Shown here piece after piece: positions 32,831-43,796 of a DNA stretch of 64,000 nt (position 1 is the stretch's first letter; each line of letters begins with the position of its first letter). This DNA is from a virus. Lineage: Duplodnaviria; Caudoviricetes. A program made the translations under genes and the position numbers. Below the pieces are notes generated by a model, which saw only the letters and a list, made by a program, of their open reading frames with translations, was not told where the DNA came from and did not search any database. The DNA is taken from the IMG/VR virus record IMGVR_UViG_3300033121_000493, positions 64,001 through 128,000 of that record. One strand, written 5' to 3'.

Positions 32831-33361
32831 CTAAGTTACGGTTACTGTGCTTTTTGACTCGATAAGCAATGTCGCTACAACATCCCGGCTCAGTTCTTGA
32901 CCCACAGTAGCCGTATTGTTTGGCAATTTTTTGATGATGCCGTCGCAAAAAGCGGCTACGTTTAGACTGCCTACGGCTGAGCGAACAAGATTTTGACGAT
33001 GTGCGTGCAGGTCAACAGCGGTGCAATCTTTTAATAACTTACCGCCAACAGGCAAATTATGAATAGACAATACTTCGTTTAACTCTTCTGGCGTTAGTTT
33101 AGAAAGACTACTACCAGGACGAATAAAAAACTCTGGATCTTTAATAGAATTTTTGATGTTCGCAATGTGGTGTTCTCGCGCAAGGCTGGCGATTTTTTCA
33201 ACCGCAGGAGCCATCAAAACACGCACAATAGCTACGACTTCGTCAACGGTTCTAGCGGCAGCTAGTTTTTTTGTGACCGCTGCCTGCAGGTCAGAACGCA
33301 GTGCCACTAAATTGTGCTGGCGTACTGCAAGATCATTTGCCATTTGGCTTAGCCAGTTCAC
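32831..33361 (-). CDS. Hypothetical protein
   Basis: 176 aa helical-looking ORF. Confidence 0.6.
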   Translation of the reverse strand: MNWLSQMANDLAVRQHNLVALRSDLQAAVTKKLAAARTVDEVVAIVRVLMAPAVEKIASLAREHHIANIKNSIKDPEFFIRPGSSLSKLTPEELNEVLSIHNLPVGGKLLKDCTAVDLHAHRQNLVRSAVGSLNVAAFCDGIIKKLPNNTATVGQELSRDVVATLLIESKSTVTVT

Positions 33362-33364
33362 TGG

Positions 33365-33598
33365 TCAGCTCACTCTTGGTGTGCCAAAAATTTTACTAAC
33401 TGTCGACTGTGGTAAATCAGTATTATTGTGTAAGAGACTAGATAGAAACGCAGGACTAACTAGTCGCGCTAAAAATTCATAGTTAGGCGGATAGGCTATA
33501 AATGACTTGTCTATAACTACAGGAGTGAGATCAGATACATCAAGATTACCGGCGATATTTGAAAATGTTCTAGCGGTCATAAGTAGTGGCATAGGCAT
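33365..33598 (-). CDS. Small hypothetical protein
   Basis: 77 aa, AGGAG RBS. Confidence 0.5.
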   Translation of the reverse strand: MPMPLLMTARTFSNIAGNLDVSDLTPVVIDKSFIAYPPNYEFLARLVSPAFLSSLLHNNTDLPQSTVSKIFGTPRVS

Positions 33599-33612
33599 TT
33601 TGGCTCCTAAAG

Positions 33613-34587
33613 CTACTGTAAAACATTCAATCCAGTTGCTGCAACTTTTTTAACGTGGGCAAACATATCGTATAACGTACTGTTACCAATAGGAAATCTC
33701 GTGCCTACAGAATTTACGGCATACTCCCATTTAACGGCGTCTATGTACATACTGTGGGCACCGTCGTTGCCCATGTAGTGGGTTTCTATGGTATCAGAAG
33801 TTAAAAGTTCATTTAGCCGTAATTGTTTGCCAGCCAGATTATCAAACCCTACACTCCGACACCAAGCCACCAGTCTAGCTAGATAGAAGCGCCACTTGTC
33901 AATATTGTCCATATTTGGACCTTGGCCTCTACCATATGACTTAGCGCCTAACAACAAAATATTACCATTGATACTATGCGCATCTGCGCCACCGTAAAGC
34001 GACTGCGCAAAAGAAATTACATCATTTACGTCATCAATACCAACGATACAGTGTAATACTGAATTTTTACGCAGCGTGTCTGCCATTCGTTCCATCGCGT
34101 CTGACAACAGTGCCGTACCGCCAATTGCTTTATTGTACGATAAACCTAAGCCGTGAAATAGTCCCCAAAAGTCTAATTCAGCTAATTTGTCACTGTATCT
34201 GTTTAAGTGCACAGTGTTAACAGTCAGATTAGCTATACATTTTTTATGGTGCAGTACGCGTAAGAAATCTTCTAATCCTGGATAAGCTAACGGGTTACCG
34301 CCGCCTACCGCTAATTCTATTCCAGGCGGTATGCACTTAGTCGCAAAGTCTAAAAGCCGCGTTTCGTCAGCGTGCACGCCGTTTTTAGTAGAGTCTTCGT
34401 GACAATGTGGGCACCTGGCGTCGCAAAAATCAGTAACCTTTATGTCAATTGACTCTGGAAAATCAGGTACGCCTGTTACGTCATTCTCTACTCTGCGCTT
34501 ACTACCGTCGATATATATGACAGCAGTGTATCCTGGACGAATGATACAACTAACTGGAGCGCTAAAACGATTTGGATTAGTTGTCAT
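33613..34587 (-). CDS. Radical SAM protein
   Basis: CDARCPHC (CxxxCxxC), ELAVGGGNP, NLTVN; start reassigned to ATG 34587 overlapping the upstream stop. Confidence 0.88.
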   Translation of the reverse strand: MTTNPNRFSAPVSCIIRPGYTAVIYIDGSKRRVENDVTGVPDFPESIDIKVTDFCDARCPHCHEDSTKNGVHADETRLLDFATKCIPPGIELAVGGGNPLAYPGLEDFLRVLHHKKCIANLTVNTVHLNRYSDKLAELDFWGLFHGLGLSYNKAIGGTALLSDAMERMADTLRKNSVLHCIVGIDDVNDVISFAQSLYGGADAHSINGNILLLGAKSYGRGQGPNMDNIDKWRFYLARLVAWCRSVGFDNLAGKQLRLNELLTSDTIETHYMGNDGAHSMYIDAVKWEYAVNSVGTRFPIGNSTLYDMFAHVKKVAATGLNVLQ

Positions 34588-35059
34588 TGCCTGTCCGCAG
34601 CACAGAGCTAGGATTGAATATGAACTGTACCATAGCTTCAACTGACGCAAACGCCGGAGCACACGCGTCGCCTTCACCTTCGTACGACTGATGATCAATA
34701 GAACCAAATTCGTAATAGCTGTCGTCTAGCCGCATGATTTTTATCTTATGTCCTGGCTGTACTTTGCGAATAGCGCTCTTTAGTATAGTTAGCCTGCGCC
34801 GCATAGCGCCCGCTATACTCGTATTCAAAGCGTACGTCAGCGCGTAGCTTGCTTTGGTACACGCATCAGTATATTCCGCTTCTTCCCAGCCAAAATCACC
34901 AGGCCAAATCTTTATTACGCCTTGAATCGTTACAGGTAACTTATCTAGTATAGCTGCTTCTTTGTGATTAATAGATATTGAATGAGTAGAGCTACTATTA
35001 GTCTCAAACATAGCTACTCTGATTTTGCAGTATGGTTTAGCAGTTTTTCCAGTTTCCAA
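34577..35059 (-). CDS. Phage 'FETNSSSTH' family protein
   Basis: KIRVAMFETNSSSTHSI...FGWE...KASY...IDHQS...FIFNP..GNDN. Confidence 0.65.
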   Translation of the reverse strand: METGKTAKPYCKIRVAMFETNSSSTHSISINHKEAAILDKLPVTIQGVIKIWPGDFGWEEAEYTDACTKASYALTYALNTSIAGAMRRRLTILKSAIRKVQPGHKIKIMRLDDSYYEFGSIDHQSYEGEGDACAPAFASVEAMVQFIFNPSSVLRTGNDN

Positions 35060-35352
35060 TAGCCGTGAACTCCTTCCATGACAATGGCTTCGGCTTTGAC
35101 GATCGCAGACTCGTCTAGAAACTTAAACGCTATATGTAGAACTTCATGAATGATTTTAGCTAAGCGCCCTTTAGATTTAAGATGTGGCGACAGTTTGATA
35201 CGTCGCTTCGTGAAATCTACAAACGCCCAGTTATTTTTTCCTGGCGGCTCTATTGCTATACGCCACATTTTTTTGTCTAGCTTTATTTTTACTGATTTTG
35301 CTCGCTTTTTCTTTTTTGGCTGGCGAGATGCTTTCGGTTTCATTAGCGGCAC
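35014..35352 (-). CDS. Small zincin-like (HExxH) protein with a basic N-terminus
   Basis: IIHEVLH. Confidence 0.55.
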   Translation of the reverse strand: MPLMKPKASRQPKKKKRAKSVKIKLDKKMWRIAIEPPGKNNWAFVDFTKRRIKLSPHLKSKGRLAKIIHEVLHIAFKFLDESAIVKAEAIVMEGVHGYWKLEKLLNHTAKSE

Positions 35353-35662
35353 CTACCATAAAGTAGACAGGTTTATGACACACTCTTCCAGCCGAATCTG
35401 TACTACGGCGCAAACTGCATTTCATTTTACCGTGTCGCATGAGGGGTTCAATGACGCGCTTGTATATCCACTTGTCACTGCGGTTAAACGCTCGTTGCAG
35501 CTCTACGGCCGTAAGGCCTTTTGGTTGAGCTTGGTTTAGTTTATCCAGCTCAGCTACAACATCCTCAACCGAAATAGTGGGTATTGAATTATTTACTTCG
35601 CTGGGGTTTGCTTGTCCTACGACCTCTATATCCCGCAGCGTTGGTTTTTGCAGTTTTAACAA
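35231..35662 (-). CDS. Probable winged helix-turn-helix protein
   Basis: GLTAVELQRAFNRSDKWIYKRVIEPLMRHGKM. Confidence 0.45.
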   Translation of the reverse strand: MLKLQKPTLRDIEVVGQANPSEVNNSIPTISVEDVVAELDKLNQAQPKGLTAVELQRAFNRSDKWIYKRVIEPLMRHGKMKCSLRRSTDSAGRVCHKPVYFMVGAANETESISPAKKEKASKISKNKARQKNVAYSNRAARKK

Positions 35663-36515
35663 CTTGTGTTACCTCTTCTGGCCCGTCTAGAACTTCAATT
35701 TCTGACCTCTCAATAGGTCTCACGAAATGTCTTGTATACAAAACACCGCTGTGGTGTAGGCGGATTAAACTACCGCCTATTTGCGGTGACGACGTACGTG
35801 CTCCGGCGATTTTATACGCGAACGGAGTCTTTAATTGCCAAGCAGGAGTAACGTATATAAACGACTCACCTTTGGCTGTAGGAACTTTGACTTCGCAATG
35901 GCGATGTCGATGAGACCGAACTGCTGCTGTAGGGATTGGTACTCCCCATCTACCACACTCATTGATTAATTCGTTTAGCTCTTTTCCGACTGCTGACGAT
36001 TCGTAGGCGTTTGATGAAACAGTACTGATGTGGTGTAAGAAATTGATATAGTGCCCGCCCAGCTGTAGCCAAAGATCGTATCGTGCATGCTGCCCAATAC
36101 TATTTGGCTTAGCGCCTAAACGCTTAGCTAGACGTTCCTCTTCAATACCACTTTTGCCTACGTGGGCTTCAGTGCCTCGTATATGGAAATACCCACTAGA
36201 TCGATCTACGATCGGGGCAAGTAATTCATAGGCTATGTTAGCTTGATCTTCTAAATTTTGAGTGATTTGAGTTGTAGAGTCGTGATGCTTGCCGTCAATA
36301 ACATCGCCGTTATGTACTAATATAAATGGCTCATCGCCTATTTCTGACGGCAACCAGGTATTCCAAAAGTAATCCCATATATCATATAACTTAGCTTGAA
36401 ATTTAGAAGGGGTGTACACACCACCTTCATCGAGCCTGACGCCGGTTGGCGGACAAATTGATAACTGGCATCCACAATGTGTGTCTGAGATAGTGACTAC
36501 ATTTGTTACGTTCAT
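35589..36515 (-). CDS. Calcineurin-like metallophosphoesterase
   Basis: ISDTHCG, HNGDVIDG, RGTEAH, FLHH, SHRH. Confidence 0.85.
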   Translation of the reverse strand: MNVTNVVTISDTHCGCQLSICPPTGVRLDEGGVYTPSKFQAKLYDIWDYFWNTWLPSEIGDEPFILVHNGDVIDGKHHDSTTQITQNLEDQANIAYELLAPIVDRSSGYFHIRGTEAHVGKSGIEEERLAKRLGAKPNSIGQHARYDLWLQLGGHYINFLHHISTVSSNAYESSAVGKELNELINECGRWGVPIPTAAVRSHRHRHCEVKVPTAKGESFIYVTPAWQLKTPFAYKIAGARTSSPQIGGSLIRLHHSGVLYTRHFVRPIERSEIEVLDGPEEVTQVVKTAKTNAAGYRGRRTSKPQRSK

Positions 36516-36884
36516 TTAAAGCTACCTTATTTATCCCGACCATTCTAGCTACGTGCAGCATAAAAGCAAAACTAGTAATACGCTACGACTCGTTAGATTG
36601 TATGGCATTGTACACGCGACGCAATTCAGCGCTGTATTCGCTAGCCGGATACTTAGCTAGGTAGCGCGCTAGCAACAACAACACGCGTCTACGTTCTACG
36701 TCAACTCCGGCGTTAAATGAGTTTGCATGAAAACCTACAATGTTATATTCGTTTACAAGTGTATTGATTTTGTCGAGCTCTGACATATTTGGTTTGGTTG
36801 GCATATTAATCTGCTGTTAAAACTGCTAAGAATACATATCCCGTTAGAAACACGACAATAATGACCCATAACGCAGGACACACA

Positions 36885-37298
36885 CTATGTAATGTGGTAC
36901 GACGTTGAGATTGACGCTACAAATCGATAAGAGCGTACATCATTATACATAGCAGATATATCTGTATAGACTGGTTTATTAAGACGCCTGAACAAAGCGC
37001 ATTCTCGCTCAGCGCCGGGCGATTCATACTGCTCATAATTAAGCGGCGCATACGTTGACGCTAGGCGCAAACATCCGTCGCAACGCGGAATTATGGCTAA
37101 ATCATAATCCATCCACGATTCATATGATCTGGGAAACGCGGCATGCTGTAGATGGCTCCACAGCGGAACAATAGGTACGACTATATTGTCATTCCGTAAC
37201 TTATCGAAGAGCTCCATCTGAAATCTGACGTTAACTCCGCTGTCACCTTTTGTATACGGCGATGAAATGTACACGACCGGTCTGTCTATTTTTGTCAT
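36885..37298 (-). CDS. DUF4406 / nucleoside 2-deoxyribosyltransferase-like fold protein
   Basis: VYISSPYT, WMDYDLAIIPRCD, ESPGAERE. Confidence 0.7.
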   Translation of the reverse strand: MTKIDRPVVYISSPYTKGDSGVNVRFQMELFDKLRNDNIVVPIVPLWSHLQHAAFPRSYESWMDYDLAIIPRCDGCLRLASTYAPLNYEQYESPGAERECALFRRLNKPVYTDISAMYNDVRSYRFVASISTSYHIT

Positions 37299-40200
37299 CT
37301 ATATAACCTTTATATCCGCGTCACGTAGCGCGGTTTGAAGTTCAAAGTTGCTGCTGTACTTAGCCATGAAAAATTCCAGAGTAGCAAGCACAGATGAAAC
37401 GTAGTCCGAGCTTTCACCTCTACGTTCTAGGGCAAGCTTTTCACGAACAAGTAGGGCTTTACTTACACTTAGCGCTTGAGTTAGCCCAAGGCTATTCTGT
37501 TTTTGCACAGTCACCATACGTCAGTTTCGTCTTTCTTAGTACGTCCTCGAACCAATTTCGTAATGATAGCAGTGCTGTCATGTACGGATATCGCCAGAAC
37601 ATATCAACATACAGCGCGCGACCCATGTCCCATACGCCGTGTATCATTATGGTTTCACGTATGTGCACACGTGCTGTTAGGGTCAAACTATCCGTAAAAT
37701 TACTGCCAGCCATAATACAGTGTAATCCGAACCAAGCAACAGATTGCTCTGCTCTTACCTCTATCTCGTAAGATCTATTCGTAGACATGATAACCTGTAT
37801 TAGCCAAAGCGATTGCGGCTTCGCGTTTAGTCATGCGATAATTCCATACTTTCCGACGTTAGCCTTAGCAAGTCATGTAACCATTGATACAATACTCGCG
37901 TACTCCTATACCGGTCATCCGACAAGCTATAATTGATTTTTTTATAGTCAAACATCGGTATCGCGATTGTTCGCGTAGGTTGGCTAATTCTGCTAACGCC
38001 TAAGTGCGCGGCACAGAATAGCACTACACGCACTTCCCGACCGTTATATGCTTTAATGCTGTTAGCTATTTGGCTACGCGTAAAATACTCCTCACTGGCC
38101 AAGTATGTCCTCTAGATTAGCATTCAGTGCCTGTAGCGCGCTACCAGGATTTATCTGTATGCCGCACCGCTCTAGTGTTTGCACCAAATGGCTTAACTGC
38201 ACTTCAGTACCGTCATACATACATTTGGCTAGGTCTAGCAGTGCGTCAAATTCGTTAATCGACATTACCACACGCTGTGCGTTGGCTGGTGTAAGTGTAA
38301 GCGGTCTATTTTTAGCGTCAACAATAGTTTCCGTAGCCGCGTCGTAGCGTAGGGGTAAAACAAAATCGATATCCATTTTTCACCGTTGGGTTAGGCTTAG
38401 CTACAATTCAATTCTTAGAAACAGTTGCGTCATTTTACGGTACACGTAAGAATATGCCATACTTGCTTTGCGTGTGTAAGCCAAGCATGGGTAGCCGTAA
38501 GCAGAATAAAGCTGAACCATTATTTCTCGATAAACTGCTCTTGGACCAAAATGTGCCACACGCATATTTACGCTATCATATAAAAAACCATCTAACTGTA
38601 TACAAAACTCTACATCGCGAGAATATGTGCTTAATTTGCGCGTCAAAATTAACCTTTATGTTTCGGTAAAACGGATGGTATAAGACCAGCCAGGCGCAAA
38701 ACTTTTTTTAACGTACGGGTCACAAGTATATTTGGCTGCGTAGCGTAGGGTGGTCTACTAAGTAGCGACTCCTGTGAAAAGAATTTACGGTACGTATTAT
38801 GGTGTAATTTATGTCGTATTATTACGTGCCACCACACGGGACGTACAAAGTCGTGCTTGTTTACGCGAAAAATTAGACGCGATAACTCAATGTCTATGAT
38901 TGGTCTAAACGATATATCGCCGCTATGTTTACTGCGTTTGTGCATCAAGACTATACAACCCAGTCACCAGGCCACGCACGTAGCTCTTTTTTAGTTTTCG
39001 GCTGTAAATCTCTAATCATACCTTCCCATTCAAACAGGTACAGCCGAGTATATGTTAACCTACAACCTGTTTTGGTATTAACGGCTTCGTCAAAATAATC
39101 AAACGTACCGCAATCCCTAAACACGCGTACTTCAAAGTCACCAACTTTGTATTTTGCTGACATTACCTCGAAAGACAGGCGCTGAGGAAGGATATTACCT
39201 AATTTTACGTCTATAAGCGTGCGAATAAACTCAAGTAGAGTTCGCTGTATCTGTTTTGGTGACTGCTTCGAGACTCGCTTCATCGCTGGCCTGCGCTTCA
39301 ATCGGAATGACGCATATCATAAAAGTTTTGCCAGCAGGCAACCCATCTACTATATCACTACCGATATTACCTATTGTGTTATTTACTGAACGTATGACTT
39401 TAAACTCTGGGTCTATGTAGTACTTATGCGGACCTTTAAGCGCAGCTTCCAACTCATCAATCATTGGTTGAAAAATTGAATTTGTCTGTTGCCCAGCGGC
39501 GTACTTTAGATAGCTAATAGCCGTCATTACAGTTTCAACGTTTATATGGCGTGCCACGGTTCGTTTTCTCCTTTAAAGTATGGGTGTTCAATATGGCCTG
39601 CGCCACTGATAAAACCACCAACTGCAACGCACATCCAGCCAGGAACAACGCATCGCGCAGTATGTCAGTATAGGCGTATACAAACGTAGCCGTGCTACAA
39701 GCAACGTGCTTTGTTACTGGATCTCGATATAGTTCGCCGTAATGATCTGCATACAAAGCCATTGCCGTATCGCCAGCATGCGTAAGCTGTATGTAGTGCG
39801 TGGGTTCTAATAGTAAACCAAACGGCACAAATAGAATAGGACAACTTGACGCAGATATCTCTGTACGGCATAAATTGTTAAAGTTAAAAATTACTACCGC
39901 GCCTTTCACTCTACCGCCAGTTTATCGATGCTATACGTCATTGCCGCGAGTATTTGCAGATTAAAACTACGAATATCGAACTTTATGAGTGCTAAATAGA
40001 ACGCCTGATGAATGGTTGCTACACGCGTAATAGCATTAACACACACGCTATACGTTGAATAATGGCTAAGGTCATGCGAAAATACTATTTCATTAGATTG
40101 ATTTTTTTTAAACCAAAGTTTTGGGTTAGCCATTTACAGCATTCTCTTTGATTTTCCTCATTGCAGCCTCAACACTGGACACACACTCAAGGTACGCGGC

Positions 40201-40633
40201 ATGTAAATCTGGCTTTATTAGATCAGGCTTTAGTCTTTCTTCCATTACTTCTAGCCTATATCGTACGCTCTCTAACTCTGAAACAAAGCTATTATTAGCG
40301 TGACGAGCCATAGCAGCGTCTCTGTCGCGTCTATTGGCGTAAATTTCGATGCTAGATATTGAATAACGTTTGGAAAAAGACACGTATATATTAGACATAT
40401 CAGGAGGTGGACTAAACATACTCGGTTTTATTGGACGCGCCTCTACAGTTTTATCGTTAAGATGAGTGTGTGTTACTATCGCGGTATATGGTACAACTGC
40501 GCCACTGGAGTATTTGTAAAACACGTAAATTGGCATGCCTATGACTATACGCACACCATCAACAGTCATAAGTTTGTTAGTAGTATTTTTACGAAGAAAA
40601 GACCGTCTAATAAGTCACCTGTAGTTTGCAAAA

Positions 40634-40665
40634 AAAAATGATTAGCTGATTAGCTAATCATTTTT
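40634..40665. terminator. Probable bidirectional intrinsic terminator
   Basis: AAAAATGATTAGC-TGATTA-GCTAATCATTTTT perfect 13-bp inverted repeat with A/T tails. Confidence 0.65.
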
Positions 40666-40688
40666 GAGTTCATTGATACAGACCAAGA

Positions 40689-41603
40689 CTACGCACGCTT
40701 GGCACTTGCAGTCAACCTTGCGCCAGTCGATAGCTCGACAGGATCACAGTTAACAGACGTTGCCCACTGAAGTTTGCACTCACTAAACGTAGTATTGGGC
40801 GTTGTCGTTGTTGGACGCGCCCAGCCATTACTGAAGTTAATACCTTCCTGATAAATACCACGTCCGGTCTTAACAGCTTCAACCCAACAACCGTCAAAGC
40901 GCGTCCTATACACCGCACCGCGAATAAGAATATCCGCCTGCGGAGCTGCAGTACCAAACTCAGCCAAAACTTTGGAAAGTACTGGCAGTATTTCTGGTGC
41001 ACTTTGCGCAAGCGAAATATCAGTTACATCTACCTTGTTGTCGCAGTTTAGATCGCCTTGTAAAGTTACGCCGTTACCCTGGATCGTACAGTCGCGGAAA
41101 ACGGTGTCTAGAAGCTCTGCATAGCGGCCTTCGGTCTGTAGAACTACACCGTAGCCTTTGTTGTTCTGCATGTTGCAAAAATCAAATAAGATTCCGTTAT
41201 AAGTGCTATCGGCAGGTACGGTAATAGTCACACCGTTACCTTTGCTACCCCAGAACACACAGCCAAAGAACGGCGACCGCTCACCAGTACCGCGAATAAT
41301 CAGACCGTCGCCATTAGGATTTGTAAACCACACGTTTTCTATTGCCGTGTGTTGTGCCAGCTTATCCAGAACAACGCCGCCTTCCAGCGTCATATCACGA
41401 ATATAGCTACCATAGATATTAGCTGTCGTTGGATCATCTTTCATTGCGGGAAAATTGCCGGATGCGCGTACCACTGTTCTAGGACCAGACCCTTCAAACA
41501 AGCAATTATGCCGTCTGATTAATGGCGCGTTAACTACGAACGTGCCAACAGGCAACTTACAATAACCTGAATCTAACTGAGCTTGAATCTCTTGTGTTGT
41601 CAT
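40689..41603 (-). CDS. Right-handed beta-helix (pectin lyase-like) protein with a dockerin/EF-hand-like insert
   Basis: LPVGTFVV..PL....LFEGSG, repeated GDGL/GNGV/GYGV rungs, GDLNCDNKVDVTDI. Confidence 0.7.
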   Translation of the reverse strand: MTTQEIQAQLDSGYCKLPVGTFVVNAPLIRRHNCLFEGSGPRTVVRASGNFPAMKDDPTTANIYGSYIRDMTLEGGVVLDKLAQHTAIENVWFTNPNGDGLIIRGTGERSPFFGCVFWGSKGNGVTITVPADSTYNGILFDFCNMQNNKGYGVVLQTEGRYAELLDTVFRDCTIQGNGVTLQGDLNCDNKVDVTDISLAQSAPEILPVLSKVLAEFGTAAPQADILIRGAVYRTRFDGCWVEAVKTGRGIYQEGINFSNGWARPTTTTPNTTFSECKLQWATSVNCDPVELSTGARLTASAKRA

Positions 41604-42010
41604 GCAGAACCCCCTTTGGCGAGATTATACGTAACAACACACAGACTAAGAAATATTAACCCGTCAGGTGATCTGTAACCTAAATCTTTCGTTAATACTA
41701 ATTAGGCGGCTGTCCATGAGAGCTACCCAACGCGCAATTCTAGTGCTGTTAAAGTAAGTTATCGCCCTAGTCTGGTGGCTACCAAAATATCCTAGGCGGT
41801 CTATATACACCGCCTCAGATTCAAATTTGTGCTCGTGCCGGTATACCGTATAGCATAGATGAAATGTATAGTTAAATTCGCTTACTCGGATCGGGTAGAC
41901 TATCACGGCAGTCGTCTTGTCCACATTTTGTAAATCATCCGCATGGTAACTAGCATCCACAACGCAAAAATAATGTAATACACCATAGATATGAGCTCCG
42001 TTAAATGTAG

Positions 42011-42084
42011 TGCGACCGGTGGGATTCGAACCCACAACGACTGGTTCCTAAGACCAGCGCCTCTGCCAGTTGGGCTACGGTCAC
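42011..42084 (-). tRNA. tRNA-Leu(UAG), short variable loop
   Basis: CTGGT-CTTAGGA-ACCAG, 5-nt variable loop, A73. Confidence 0.88.
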
Positions 42085-42881
42085 ATGCTTACTTGAACAC
42101 TACGCGACGATAAAGGTCACACACAATACTGTATAGGCTATCAACGACTCTGCCTGATATTGTGATTACACTAAATCCTGTCACTACATATCCACAACCC
42201 TTCATAATCATAGCCGATGTAGTAACTGGCACAAATACGCATCTATAATATTTTTTTGTCGGATCTTGACTATTCGAGCTAAAACAAGCGCAGCGGTACG
42301 TTTTATCCGTTATGTAGAAATACACACAAAGAGACTTTGCGGGCTGCTGTAGTAACATCACATTTGTGATTGTTCTAGTATTATACGTGCAAAAACTGTA
42401 CTATGAATTATACGCAACCTTATGTAGTTACGATAATTAGCGATCACACGTGCATGAATATCTTTGTTGTATCGTGTGGTAACAAAACACCAAATTAATC
42501 CAGGCAAAAAATATACAGAAATGGCTAGCCTCCAACCAAGTGGCAATATGTAAATCCTAGCGCAAACCACACCCACGCTAGAACCAATACAGCGATTCCG
42601 TCTCGCGGCTTAGACACGTGCCACTTATCTACCACATAAGCAAATGTAATAATAGCCATTACGATGACAAGGACACGCGTCACATCTGCCACGCTGAGTT
42701 TCCTCGCTATTAGCGGTAATCGCGGTTTGGTTTATGGGCAACGTGCTTTAGCTCTGTTATTTTTACGAAAGTTAACCGTGTTCCCTTCATCTTGGCTACA
42801 GTGTGAATTGTCCAGTCAGGTTCCCATAGACATACCAGCGTATTACCGCGCCACTCCCCTATGCGTTTAGTTGTAGCCGGT

Positions 42882-43460
42882 TTACGCTTTTTCGATTTCT
42901 GTGTTCTCATTTTGGCTTTCCGTACTTGATGTGTGCGCGCCGCAAAAACAACTGCCTGGCGTAGATCGGCATAACTCAACGGCATGAGCGTACGGGCTAG
43001 ATAGGTCTTCCGTAGCACCAGGAAACGCTCGTAATATTTTTACCAACGAATGCAGAACGTGAGTTAACCGTTCATTGGCGGCTTCTGCTGCTTTACACAA
43101 ATCATGCGCGCTAGGCTTATCCGCTCGCCTCACAACAACTTCGTATCTATCATTGTGCACGGGCGAAGAGAATGTTGTGATGGTATAGTTGTAATCACCA
43201 TTTAGGGCGCGAAAGGATTCCACTAGACTAGACATGGTTTCACGAGCCACAGATAGAGCCACCTCGGTATCGGTTAAATCGATTACTTTCGGCTCGTACA
43301 CGCGTAACCGCGCTATCTCAGCATCTTTTTGACGTATGACCTTGCACACTTCATGCTGGCAATCATCGTGATGTGTTCTGTTATTAAGGGCTGCATTTTC
43401 ATCACGTAGTCGCTTAATCTCATTCAACAAATCACTAACATCGATAGCTGGCTCTTCCAT
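42882..43460 (-). CDS. Hypothetical coiled-coil protein
   Basis: 192 aa, LLNEIKRLRDENAAL. Confidence 0.55.
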   Translation of the reverse strand: MEEPAIDVSDLLNEIKRLRDENAALNNRTHHDDCQHEVCKVIRQKDAEIARLRVYEPKVIDLTDTEVALSVARETMSSLVESFRALNGDYNYTITTFSSPVHNDRYEVVVRRADKPSAHDLCKAAEAANERLTHVLHSLVKILRAFPGATEDLSSPYAHAVELCRSTPGSCFCGAHTSSTESQNENTEIEKA

Positions 43461-43463
43461 ATA

Positions 43464-43796
43464 TCACGCTTTCGCATATTCAGTTGTAAGAACATTAAAA
43501 ATAGCCTGTGCCCATACTTCTGGGTCTAGCAATAGCGCATCTTCAAAAGATAGGGTTTTATCTGTCAGAGTTTCCAGTTCACTGATAACGACATGACGCC
43601 ATATAGGCATATCAGCGCAAAGCTTATCCCACAGTTTAGAGACAGCGTCAAGACTTTCAAAGTAATTTGGTATTTCCTGGAATCCGCGCGTAGGACCATA
43701 GCAACCAATCCACACGCCAAAATCGTTACACCTTATCTGCGAATAACCGGCGAACTCAGCCAATAGTCGCATCATGTGATCTCTCGTATCACTCAA
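43464..43796 (-). CDS. Hypothetical phage protein
   Basis: 110 aa, IPNYFESLDA. Confidence 0.55.
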   Translation of the reverse strand: MSDTRDHMMRLLAEFAGYSQIRCNDFGVWIGCYGPTRGFQEIPNYFESLDAVSKLWDKLCADMPIWRHVVISELETLTDKTLSFEDALLLDPEVWAQAIFNVLTTEYAKA

